Shown piece by piece: positions 1 through 7,980 of a stretch of DNA of 45,677 nt. The stretch covers positions 1 to 45,677 of the forward strand of contig JAMWCI010000001.1 in NCBI GenBank assembly GCA_023818655.1. The letters are read 5' to 3'. This DNA comes from Candidatus Omnitrophota bacterium. GTDB taxonomy: Bacteria; Omnitrophota; Gorgyraeia; Gygaellales; Profunditerraquicolaceae. Position 1 is the stretch's first letter. The number at the start of each line of letters is the position of its first letter. A program made the translations under genes and the position numbers. A model generated the notes under the pieces. It was not told the origin of the DNA. It saw only the letters and a program-made list of their open reading frames with translations, and ran no database searches.

Positions 1-1
1 T

Positions 2-1462
2 AAATTCCATATGTTTAGCCAAGGCTAAACGGGTCTGCGCATCCAATGCAGGCAAAGACCCCAGTATTACTATTATAAAAGGGACGATGACCCATTCCAG
101 AACCATTACGATATTTTTACGCCAGCTTATATGGCTTGGTCGCTTGGGTAATATGGTTCTGCTGAGAATAACCCAGATGAGGCTAGTGATAAGTGTAAAA
201 TTAAACAACAGACCTGTAATCCTGGGCAAGTTATACCCGATAGCCGATTCCCTGAAAAACGTCCCTCCCAGTATAAGCGGCATAGGACCGATAAGCGCAA
301 GAATTATTGCCCAGACTGCCCAAGTAATGTGGCTTTCCAGAAGATTAAAGACTCTGCGTATTTTTGTGAATATGGGCGTTCCCGGATATTTTGCGAAACC
401 TTGCATAAGAAAAGGAAAATTCTCTACGCCCCAGGCCCATCTCCTCTTCTGCTTGTATTGCACCACAATGGTCATCCAAAGACTATTAGCGTAAGCCACA
501 TCCATAGATACGGTAATATATAATGGCACGACATGGTAATCACCTTTAAAAAACAGGAAGGCCTTCCAATAAATCACGGAATCATCCGAAATCATATCTA
601 CCGGCCAATAGTCCACATCTACCAGCGTCTTAAAGCTCATACTGTGGCTGGAAAAGGTAACGAATTTCTCCAGGCGCATACTGTCAATCATCTCGCAGAA
701 AGAAGCGCTTATTTCAACAAGTCTGGCAAAAGAAGGCGCATCCCAGATATTGTTGTTGTAGACCGGCATCGGCTGATAACTGGCCTGATGTGGTCGGGGG
801 TTAATCAAGAAATGATAGGTAAGACATCCGAAGTACTCTTTATCTACACAGGTATCCGCATCAAAACAGGAAACAATTACATCCTCTAGCGGTATTCCTT
901 GCGCATCCAAAAACTCTTTTGCCTTTTTGGCTGCCCAAGTAGCGTTGGCGCCCTTGGTCCTGGTTTCACCAGGCAGACCGTCCGGATGAAAGGTAGAAAA
1001 GAACGCAAAAAACTTCCCCCCAAACTCCCTCTCTAAGACAGAGGCGTTATCCCTGGATTCAGAATTACGCTCTTCAAAAGCCACCACCACAATAATTTTT
1101 TCCTTGGGATAATTACAAAACTCAAGCGCATGAAGCGAAGACCGAAGGATATCCAAACCCTCTTTATAAACCGGAAAGATAACCAAGTGGTGTATATATT
1201 GCCATTCCCTCTTTCCTTGTAGAGTATAACATGCGCTCATCCAGTCTTTCTCTTTCTGAATCAATAGCTTCCGATGCGCCAATACTAAAAGGGTAGTTAG
1301 ATAAACAGTGCGGATAATCCAATAAAAATCAAAAACAATGATAAGCACTGCGCACAGCACCGGTCTAACAACAGACAGAAAGATAAACGTAAAAATTATT
1401 CCCCAAGAAATAGCGCCCGGTATAATCTCATATATTCTTTTTGCGGATACGTTATTCTTCAT
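2..1462 (-). CDS. Membrane-embedded family-2 glycosyltransferase of the processive synthase type. The 3' end runs off the left edge, and the gene is absent from the supplied ORF track.
   Basis: My own translation of the minus strand from the ATG at 1462-1460 (MKNNVSAKRIYEIIPGAISWG...) stays open to position 2, 487 codons with no stop. N-terminal TM helices are followed by GT2 hallmarks: VSCFDADTC (DxD), ISDDSVIYW, and QYKQKRRWAWG (the Q-x-x-R-W motif of processive beta-glycan synthases). More hydrophobic helices follow. The start overlaps the stop of the upstream PEGA gene by 11 nt. Confidence 0.8.
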   Translation of the reverse strand, partial: MKNNVSAKRIYEIIPGAISWGIIFTFIFLSVVRPVLCAVLIIVFDFYWIIRTVYLTTLLVLAHRKLLIQKEKDWMSACYTLQGKREWQYIHHLVIFPVYKEGLDILRSSLHALEFCNYPKEKIIVVVAFEERNSESRDNASVLEREFGGKFFAFFSTFHPDGLPGETRTKGANATWAAKKAKEFLDAQGIPLEDVIVSCFDADTCVDKEYFGCLTYHFLINPRPHQASYQPMPVYNNNIWDAPSFARLVEISASFCEMIDSMRLEKFVTFSSHSMSFKTLVDVDYWPVDMISDDSVIYWKAFLFFKGDYHVVPLYITVSMDVAYANSLWMTIVVQYKQKRRWAWGVENFPFLMQGFAKYPGTPIFTKIRRVFNLLESHITWAVWAIILALIGPMPLILGGTFFRESAIGYNLPRITGLLFNFTLITSLIWVILSRTILPKRPSHISWRKNIVMVLEWVIVPFIIVILGSLPALDAQTRLALAKHMEF

Positions 1463-2375
1463 GAGCAAACGGAGATTTTATCAACCCCTGAAGATAATGT
1501 GTCTTGGTTCCTAAATCCAGCCTGTATACGTTATCATAAACCTTTCCGTCAGCTCCAAGCTGGGAATCAAGGAAATAAAGGGTATCAGATTCGTAGTATG
1601 CCTGGGCATTTTTTTTATTTAAGGTTACCAAGGCAACAGGGACAAACTTATCCTTTGCCTCGCATACATCTATCCTCCTGTCGGTAATCAAGATAAAATG
1701 GTAGCTATCCGAATGCCAGAAGATGTCAAGAATCCGAGAATCAGGAAATTCCAATATGAGCGCATTTTCCTTGCCTGACGCAAGCGGGGTTATTACCACT
1801 TTATGCAAGTTAAAACAAAGCAGCTTGCTCCTGTCCGGAGAAAGTTTCCAGCCCTTAAACTGCCTGCTGTTTGGCGGAAGGTTGGCGACCGACGTAAAAT
1901 GCTTTCCTTCAAGGTCAGAAACATAGATGATATTCTCTTGTCCATCAATATAATAAACTTTTCCATTTACAAAATCCGTCCAGAAAGAAGAAATCCTTGC
2001 CTTGTTCAATTGTTTAACCATAGGCCGCAAAGGAAAAAGAGTTATCTTCTCTAAGCGGCTGACCTGACCGGCATAGACAATCACCTCTCCTTCCCAGGGA
2101 TAGTAGCCGGTCAATTCTATCTTAACATTGTATCTGCCAGGCAGTAATTCTGTAATAGTGGTTGGGCTTTTCTCCTTCCATAAGCGCCCTGCCAGATAAA
2201 TATCGGCATTGGCAGGCTGGGTTTTAATTGAGATAAGGCCTGTCTTGGTAAACCTTAATGTATGAAAATCAAATTTGTACCCCAGGGCGAAAGAAACAAG
2301 AAAAGGTATGGTTAGTAAAAAAAATAGGACGTTAAAGTAAAACAGCAAGGCCCTTATTTTTTGTTCGCTAAACAC
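1452..2375 (-). CDS. PEGA-domain, membrane-anchored protein
   Basis: 307-aa ORF. It has an N-terminal TM helix (LLFYFNVLFFLLTIPFLVSFAL) followed by a PEGA-like signature (ISIKTQPANADIYLAGRLW..SPTTITELLPGRYNVKIELTGYYPWEGEVIV). The longest-ORF start is a GTG at 2375. Confidence 0.65.
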   Translation of the reverse strand: MFSEQKIRALLFYFNVLFFLLTIPFLVSFALGYKFDFHTLRFTKTGLISIKTQPANADIYLAGRLWKEKSPTTITELLPGRYNVKIELTGYYPWEGEVIVYAGQVSRLEKITLFPLRPMVKQLNKARISSFWTDFVNGKVYYIDGQENIIYVSDLEGKHFTSVANLPPNSRQFKGWKLSPDRSKLLCFNLHKVVITPLASGKENALILEFPDSRILDIFWHSDSYHFILITDRRIDVCEAKDKFVPVALVTLNKKNAQAYYESDTLYFLDSQLGADGKVYDNVYRLDLGTKTHYLQGLIKSPFAHEE

Positions 2376-2641
2376 ATTGCCACCTCTTTCTCCAACCCAA
2401 GCAGTCTTTTTTTGCGCATCTTGCCGAAGATATAGTCACCGACATCGGAATTGCTTTTTACTACTCGGTGGCAAGGTATAATGAGCGGCAAAGGATTGTT
2501 TTTCAATATAGTCCCTACCGCACGATACGCATCGGCCTTACCTGCCTCCTTAGCCACCCATTTGTAAGTACGCACCTCACCGATAGGTATCTTTAACACC
2601 GCCTTATAAACCTGCTTGGCAAAAGAACTCATCTTGATCAT
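2354..2641 (-). CDS. ogt: Methylated-DNA--protein-cysteine methyltransferase, single-domain 95-aa form
   Basis: The active-site motif IIPCHRVV is present together with the surrounding MGMT DNA-binding domain pattern (VYKAVLKIPIGEVRTYKWVA..AYRAVGTILKNNPLPLIIPCHRVV). There is no N-terminal domain. Confidence 0.85.
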   Translation of the reverse strand: MIKMSSFAKQVYKAVLKIPIGEVRTYKWVAKEAGKADAYRAVGTILKNNPLPLIIPCHRVVKSNSDVGDYIFGKMRKKRLLGLEKEVAMCLANKK

Positions 2642-2733
2642 ATAGTCAGCCTACCTCCTCATTTGCAAAATCAACGGTAAAAACCCTGATAACAAAGTTG
2701 TCTCTTGACTGCCTGATGACATATATTTATTGC

Positions 2734-3963
2734 CTATTTTCCTATTGTTTTTTTTCTGCGCAATATACGGTGATAAGAGACAGCAAAACGGTGAGCCTCG
2801 TCACGGATTCTACGTATTAAGTTAAGCGCAGGAGCGCCCTCTTTAAAATTTACCGCCTCATGCCTTCCTTTAATATATATATTCTCTCTGTCCTTGGCAA
2901 TACTGATTATAGGCAATTGTATCCCCAGTGCCTGCAATTGAGTATCTGCGGCAATTAGATGAGCCTTTCCTCCGTCAATAATGATTAAATCTGGCAAGGG
3001 AAGTTTTTCTTTAAGGATACGCGCATAGCGCCTGTGGACTACCTCCCGCAGCATCGCATAATCGTCTATTGAGTAAACCGTCTTAATGCGAAACCTACGG
3101 TAATTGTTCCTGTCCGCTACGCCGTGATAGAAGCTAACCATTGAACCCACTGCCTCTTTTCCATGGATATTGGAAATATCAAATGCCTCTATGCGTTCCG
3201 GCGACCCGCGTATACCTAAAAGCTGCCTTAGGCTCTCCACTTCTTCCTCGTGGCTTGCTAAACGCCCGTGCATGCCTATGCTGCTTAATACCTGTATCTT
3301 GTCCCTTATTTTAGCTGCCTCTTCAAACTGTCTTGCCTCTGCTTTCTTAAACATCACGGCGGAAAGCTCCTTAATCAATCCGTCTGTGTTTCCCTCCAAA
3401 AGCAGAGAAATCTCCTGTATAGTCTGGGCGTATTCCTCTTTGGTAATCTTGCCGATACAGGGGGCTGGCGAAAGCTTAAGCCGATAGTAGATGCAGGCAT
3501 GCTTGGGAAGTTTTTTGCAGGAGCGATACGGGAAATACCTGCGGATAATCTTAAGCGCCCTGCGCAATAATTTCACATCTGTATAAGGACCGAGATAATG
3601 AGAACCATCGGGCTCCTTTTTACGGGTGATATATATCGCCGGAAAATCCTCATTGGTAATCTTGACAAAAGGAAAACTCTTGTCATCGCGCAGCAAGATA
3701 TTGTATTTTGGTTGATAACGATGGATGAGATTTGACTCCAAGAGCAACGCCAGACTCTCGTCGGCAGCCGGGATATACTCAATATCGCAGACCTTGGAAA
3801 GCATAGAAATGGTTTTTGCGGATAGGTCGCGACTAAGATAACTAACCAGCCGCTTCCTGAGCGACTTTGCCTTGCCGATATAAATTATTTTACCTGCGCT
3901 ATCTTTCATAAGATAAACGCCGGCTTTTTCAGGCGCAGCCTTTATCTTCTCTGCAAAATCCAC
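2734..3963 (-). CDS. uvrC: Excinuclease ABC subunit C, short 409-aa form without a C-terminal (HhH)2 domain
   Basis: It carries a GIY-YIG nuclease motif (GVYLMKDSAGKIIYIGKAKSLRKRLVSY .. YQPKYN), a UVR motif (EARQFEEAAKIRDKIQVL), and the UvrC RNase-H-like endonuclease region (IEAFDISNIHGKEAVGSMV .. LPDLIIIDGGKAHL .. IRDEAHRFA). The protein ends about 15 aa after that region. The start is a GTG at 3963. Confidence 0.85.
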   Translation of the reverse strand: MDFAEKIKAAPEKAGVYLMKDSAGKIIYIGKAKSLRKRLVSYLSRDLSAKTISMLSKVCDIEYIPAADESLALLLESNLIHRYQPKYNILLRDDKSFPFVKITNEDFPAIYITRKKEPDGSHYLGPYTDVKLLRRALKIIRRYFPYRSCKKLPKHACIYYRLKLSPAPCIGKITKEEYAQTIQEISLLLEGNTDGLIKELSAVMFKKAEARQFEEAAKIRDKIQVLSSIGMHGRLASHEEEVESLRQLLGIRGSPERIEAFDISNIHGKEAVGSMVSFYHGVADRNNYRRFRIKTVYSIDDYAMLREVVHRRYARILKEKLPLPDLIIIDGGKAHLIAADTQLQALGIQLPIISIAKDRENIYIKGRHEAVNFKEGAPALNLIRRIRDEAHRFAVSYHRILRRKKTIGK

Positions 3964-5498
3964 AGCCGCAACTCCTCCATTTCTTTAACCCTAAAAATAA
4001 AGCAAAATCCTGCGTAAGACAGAAGCGCAATCGCTACGGTTATAGCCAAACCGACAAGCCAGTGCCAAGAAAGACGCTTAATTACTTCTTGGTACAGAAA
4101 AAAACACGTCCCACCCATACTTGCCGCAGCCAAAAGAATCTTTAAGAAAGATAGAGAGATTTGTTTACTACCAAAATCCCCTATTTTTTTCTCTAGCAAC
4201 CTAAAAAGAATTATAAACGATATTATGCCCGAGATAGAAGTAGCCAAGGCGATACCAGAGATTTTTAAAGGAAACATAAAGGCAGTATTCAATACTACAT
4301 TTATCGCCAAGGCGATGCCAGAAACCTTAACAGGGGTTACCGTATCCCTGAGAGAGAAAAAACAGGATTGCAATATCTTGGTAGAGCCGTAAGCAAATAA
4401 CCCTATGCTGTAACAGAATAAAGCGCTGGCAGTTAAACGCGCAGAAGAGACATCAAACCTCCCTCCTCCAAATACAGCGCTTACCAATGGGTTAGCCAAC
4501 ACCATAAATACTACAGAGACAGGAATCATAATGAAGATCGTAACGCGTATTGCCCAGCAAAGGGTGCGTTTTAATTCAACGCGCCCTTCTGTCAGCGACT
4601 GAAGAGAAAAAGTCGGCAATACTGCCTGAGAAAGGGCGGTGCTAAAAATACCAAGGGGAAATTGAATAAGACGGTAGGAAAAATACAAGACCGCCACCCC
4701 TGCCTCTCCCACAATCCAACCTAAAGAACCGAAAATAGAATCTACAAAGTTATTCAATTGATAAATACTTGTGCTAAGGATTCTGGGCGCCATAAGTCTT
4801 CCTATTGTGGCTACAACAGGGTCGCGGATACGTCGAAATAATCTCAAGCGGAATCCTTTTTTATACAGCACAGGTATCTGCACTGCCAGTTGCAACAGCC
4901 CGCCAACAAGAATACCCGTGGCAAGCCCGGTGATGCCCTCTCCAAACATATAGGCGCACAGGATAATACTGATATTCAGAAAACAGGATGCAAAGGCAGG
5001 GACGCTAAAATGTCCCAAGGTGTTCAGGATAGCCATGGCATAAGCAGCCAGACTGACCAGGAGCAAATACGGAAAGATAATGCGATTCAAAAAGACTGTA
5101 GCCGCCAATTTTTCTGGCTTAGCCATAAATCCAGGCGCAATAATACGCACTAGTTGAGGAGAAAAAAAGATGCCCAGAAGCACAAGCAAAACGAGTATAA
5201 TCAAAAGCAGGTTAAGGATGGTATTGGTTAGCTCCCAGAATTCCTGACGGCTATGTCGCTTGTTATACTCGCTGAATACCGGCACAAAAGCGGAATTAGC
5301 CGCTCCTTCCGCAAAAAAATCACGGAAAAGATTAGGGATACGAAAGGCAACTACAAATGCCTGTGCGTATATCTGGGTGCCGAATAACCGCGCTATGGTT
5401 ACGTCGCGGATAAAACCGAGAAAGCGGGAAAGCAAGGTGGCAAACCCGATTATCCCGGCAGACCTGATTATTAGTCTATGCGAGGTATCTATTGACAT
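3942..5498 (-). CDS. murJ: Lipid II flippase MurJ (MviN family)
   Basis: 518-aa polytopic membrane protein. The N-terminus is typical of MurJ (SAGIIGFATLLSRFLGFIRDVTIARLFG ... FRIPNLFRDFFAEGAANSAFVPVF). Confidence 0.85.
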   Translation of the reverse strand: MSIDTSHRLIIRSAGIIGFATLLSRFLGFIRDVTIARLFGTQIYAQAFVVAFRIPNLFRDFFAEGAANSAFVPVFSEYNKRHSRQEFWELTNTILNLLLIILVLLVLLGIFFSPQLVRIIAPGFMAKPEKLAATVFLNRIIFPYLLLVSLAAYAMAILNTLGHFSVPAFASCFLNISIILCAYMFGEGITGLATGILVGGLLQLAVQIPVLYKKGFRLRLFRRIRDPVVATIGRLMAPRILSTSIYQLNNFVDSIFGSLGWIVGEAGVAVLYFSYRLIQFPLGIFSTALSQAVLPTFSLQSLTEGRVELKRTLCWAIRVTIFIMIPVSVVFMVLANPLVSAVFGGGRFDVSSARLTASALFCYSIGLFAYGSTKILQSCFFSLRDTVTPVKVSGIALAINVVLNTAFMFPLKISGIALATSISGIISFIILFRLLEKKIGDFGSKQISLSFLKILLAAASMGGTCFFLYQEVIKRLSWHWLVGLAITVAIALLSYAGFCFIFRVKEMEELRLWILQRR

Positions 5499-5520
5499 AG
5501 ATTAACAATTATGTTATAAA
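5492..5520 (+). promoter_or_regulatory. Sigma-70-type promoter for rpsT
   Basis: TTGACA (5492-5497), an exact 17-nt spacer, then TATAAA (5515-5520). An AAGGAG Shine-Dalgarno follows, and the ATG is at 5543. The -35 element overlaps the murJ start codon on the other strand. Confidence 0.6.
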
Positions 5521-5542
5521 TTTATAGCTAAAAGGAGAAAAT

Positions 5543-5806
5543 ATGCCCAGACGTAGAACTTCATTAAAGAAAAACCGCGCAGACAGAAAAAAACATCTGC
5601 AGAATTTAAGGATAAAACGGGAACTGAAGAAGACAATCAAGAAATTCACCGACCTGCTTTTGGCGAAAAACACCGCAGAGGCAAAAACCCTGCTGGCAAA
5701 AATATTTTCTCAACTGGATAAGGCGGCGAAAAAACATGTCTTACATTTCCGCACGACAAACCGTAAAAAATCCCGCTTAATGCGCCGTCTTGCCAAGTCC
5801 GCATAA
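5543..5806 (+). CDS. rpsT: 30S ribosomal protein S20
   Basis: 87-aa, highly basic protein with an S20-type N-terminus (SLKKNRADRKKHLQNLRIKRELKKTIKKF). It has a strong SD. It is one of only two plus-strand genes in the window. Confidence 0.9.
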   Translation: MPRRRTSLKKNRADRKKHLQNLRIKRELKKTIKKFTDLLLAKNTAEAKTLLAKIFSQLDKAAKKHVLHFRTTNRKKSRLMRRLAKSA

Positions 5807-6427
5807 CCTGACTATTAGTTTCTCTAACGCAAATACAGCATTGAGCTTGCCGGTCTTGATATATATATCGCAACCAAGCAAAAGTTGCATACGCCTCTTT
5901 AATTCCGCCGCAGAGTGAATATCCTTTTCCCAGAGATAACGCAGCCCGCCTAAAATTTTCTCCGGTCTTTCTCCATTCCTAAGGAGCTCTGCCAGAATCC
6001 GCAGGGCATAATCGGCACGCCTAAGTTCAATGTATTTGTTCAATAAATATACGTTGGGTTTCTGCCTGTTTTCAAAATTAATCAGTCTGGCATATCTAGA
6101 GAGAGCGCTTAAAAAAGCATCTTTTTTATCCAGTGACTCAGCATCCAATATCAGAAGTATCTCTTTCTTTGGCCGACGCACATAATTTAAAATAAATTTC
6201 TTTGCCTCTTCTCTTAATAAATGCGCTTCTTTAACAATGAGCATCCGACAAGCGCTATGCACGGGAATAAACAATAACTTCTCCTGCAGCTCTTTGATAT
6301 TGGTTTCTCTAGCATACAGTATATCAAGATTAAAATCCCGGATTGCTTTGGGCAGGAACTGCTCTTTTAATTTTTTAATCTGGGCGTCTTTGGAAGGGCT
6401 ATCTTGGCCCAACAATAGATAAACCAT
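5777..6427 (-). CDS. holA: DNA polymerase III delta subunit, short form
   Basis: The N-terminal pattern MVYLLLGQD..., the region ...LIVKEAHLL..., and a C-terminal region (ALRILAELLRNGERPEKILGGLRYLW) are typical of HolA. The ORF-track start at 6457 is a TTG. I call the ATG at 6427, which removes the overlap with lptE. Its position directly after lptE matches the conserved lptE-holA pairing. Confidence 0.65.
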   Translation of the reverse strand: MVYLLLGQDSPSKDAQIKKLKEQFLPKAIRDFNLDILYARETNIKELQEKLLFIPVHSACRMLIVKEAHLLREEAKKFILNYVRRPKKEILLILDAESLDKKDAFLSALSRYARLINFENRQKPNVYLLNKYIELRRADYALRILAELLRNGERPEKILGGLRYLWEKDIHSAAELKRRMQLLLGCDIYIKTGKLNAVFALEKLIVRLCGLGKTAH

Positions 6428-6431
6428 GGAG

Positions 6432-6974
6432 TTACCACTGCTCAACGACGCGTTCAACTATTCTGCGGCTTAAGTCCTCCAGGGCATCGTTTACCGCCGC
6501 ATCGTCAGTCTTGGCCAAAGAACCGCTGATAAAATAAGTGGTGTAGCCAACAAAATTATTTTCTTCAAAAAGCATTTTATTCTCCCGCTTGTCCCAGAGC
6601 GCAATATTTACACAGATGCTCAAACGGTACTCTGTTACGTTATCGCTGTTATCATATCGCAGGGGGTCGCGGCGTAATTCTACCAACTCTCCTTTCAAAA
6701 CCAGATCCGCGGATTCTTTCGTTGCCGGCTTAAGGTTGCCATCAAAAAGGAACTTATTGGATACGTGTTGACTGACGTCTGTCTCCAGCGATGGACGATA
6801 TAACTTATATTTGTTGCCTGAGGAAGTCTCATGGGCAATATCCACCTTGTTGACAAATGGCTCTATATAAATCGTTTTGTATCTTTCATTAATCTGTGAA
6901 TGCGTGGTATATCCACAGCCTGATATTGTAGCTACAACAACTGCCGCCAACCATAAAGCAGCAAACCTTCTCAT
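6432..6974 (-). CDS. lptE: LPS-assembly lipoprotein LptE-like
   Basis: It has a signal peptide with a lipobox (AVVVATISGC). The size (180 aa) and position immediately upstream of holA fit LptE. The sequence motifs themselves are weak. Confidence 0.55.
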   Translation of the reverse strand: MRRFAALWLAAVVVATISGCGYTTHSQINERYKTIYIEPFVNKVDIAHETSSGNKYKLYRPSLETDVSQHVSNKFLFDGNLKPATKESADLVLKGELVELRRDPLRYDNSDNVTEYRLSICVNIALWDKRENKMLFEENNFVGYTTYFISGSLAKTDDAAVNDALEDLSRRIVERVVEQW

Positions 6975-7918
6975 TTCTTTTTCCTCTCCAACGCCTGCAT
7001 CCTCTCCAGCGCCTTGGCAGCTAAAGCTGTATCGGCATAATTAACAATTATATCGTTGTAATAAATCTTTGCCGACTCAAACTGCTTCTGTTTCTCGTAG
7101 AAAAGCGCTGTAGCATAATCGCTCTCCGCCTCTTTCTCCCTTAACACCTTGATATTCTTCTCGGCTTCCTGCGAAAGGACGGCATCCGGATGCTCTCTGA
7201 CAAATTCTTCAAATTTATCCTTTGCCTCTTCAGCAGCGCCCTGGTCATACGCAGAACTTCTGGAGACCGCTGCCCGACAAGAGGCAATCTGAAATTTTGC
7301 TGCCTCTACCCATTCGCTATCAGGATAATTGGTGATTATTTTATTAAAAGCATCTTCTGCCTCGTAATAACGCATCAGACTTTTTAAAAGAAGGCCGAGT
7401 TTATATTGTGCCTTTGGCGCTAAAGGGCCATAGGTAGAGTTTTCCACCACTTTGCTAAAAATCTCTATTGCCGGGTTTTCTACCGGCAGCGCAATTCCCA
7501 TCGCCTTGCGCTTCTGCCCGGACATAAAGGCCTCTGCGATTTTGTATTCCCGCTCTATAATCTCCTGGATTCTCTCTGAAAAAGGATACTTATCAACAAT
7601 CTTCTGGTAAGCTAAGTAAGCCTCATACAGCCTTCCCTGCTCTTCTTCAATGCGGCCAAGATAATATTGACTTTCTGCTGCCTCTACGGTCTTAGGATAT
7701 GCCTTCAGGAGTTTTTTGAACTCGCGCACAGCGTCGTTGTATTTCTTGTCATCGTAAAACGACTTGGCGTAGGCAAATTGCTCTTTAGGCGTTTCCTTGG
7801 GCGCACTCTTTGGATTCACCCATTTACCTGTCTTGGGATTCCATATCCAAAAAGGATAAGCTGACAGCTGACAGGTAAGTAAAAATACAGCCATACTCAT
7901 TAACATCAACCGTTTCAT
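6971..7918 (-). CDS. bamD: Outer membrane protein assembly factor BamD-like TPR protein
   Basis: It has a signal peptide and repeated TPR-like units with the BamD/YfiO-style pattern (..YYLGRIEEEQGRLYEAYLAYQKIVDKYPFSE .. ITNYPDSEWVEAAKFQIASC .. FYEKQKQFESAKIYYNDIIVNYADTALAAKALERM). Confidence 0.65.
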   Translation of the reverse strand: MKRLMLMSMAVFLLTCQLSAYPFWIWNPKTGKWVNPKSAPKETPKEQFAYAKSFYDDKKYNDAVREFKKLLKAYPKTVEAAESQYYLGRIEEEQGRLYEAYLAYQKIVDKYPFSERIQEIIEREYKIAEAFMSGQKRKAMGIALPVENPAIEIFSKVVENSTYGPLAPKAQYKLGLLLKSLMRYYEAEDAFNKIITNYPDSEWVEAAKFQIASCRAAVSRSSAYDQGAAEEAKDKFEEFVREHPDAVLSQEAEKNIKVLREKEAESDYATALFYEKQKQFESAKIYYNDIIVNYADTALAAKALERMQALERKKK

Positions 7919-7927
7919 ATTATTATA

Positions 7928-7956
7928 ACTTTAGCATAGCCAAATTTAGTTGTCAA
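7928..7956 (-). promoter_or_regulatory. Sigma-70-type promoter placed so that the bamD mRNA would be essentially leaderless
   Basis: On the minus strand: TTGACA (7956-7951), 17 nt, TAAAGT (7933-7928), then only 9 nt (TATAATAAT) before the ATG at 7918. There is no Shine-Dalgarno. Confidence 0.45.
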
Positions 7957-7980
7957 CATATATCGGGCGAATTTAATTTA

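Noticed and set aside
87-889. Plus-strand ORFs 87-494, 329-523 and 533-889 from the track
   Set aside because: They lie antisense to a continuous 487-codon minus-strand frame that has clear GT2 motifs. Their translations are low-complexity with no motifs. I treat them as shadow ORFs. The same reasoning applies to essentially all other plus-strand track ORFs except rpsT, including 10935-11387, 19622-20137, 26590-27168, 28976-29470, 35444-35962, 38118-38588, 39549-39965 and 42837-43415.
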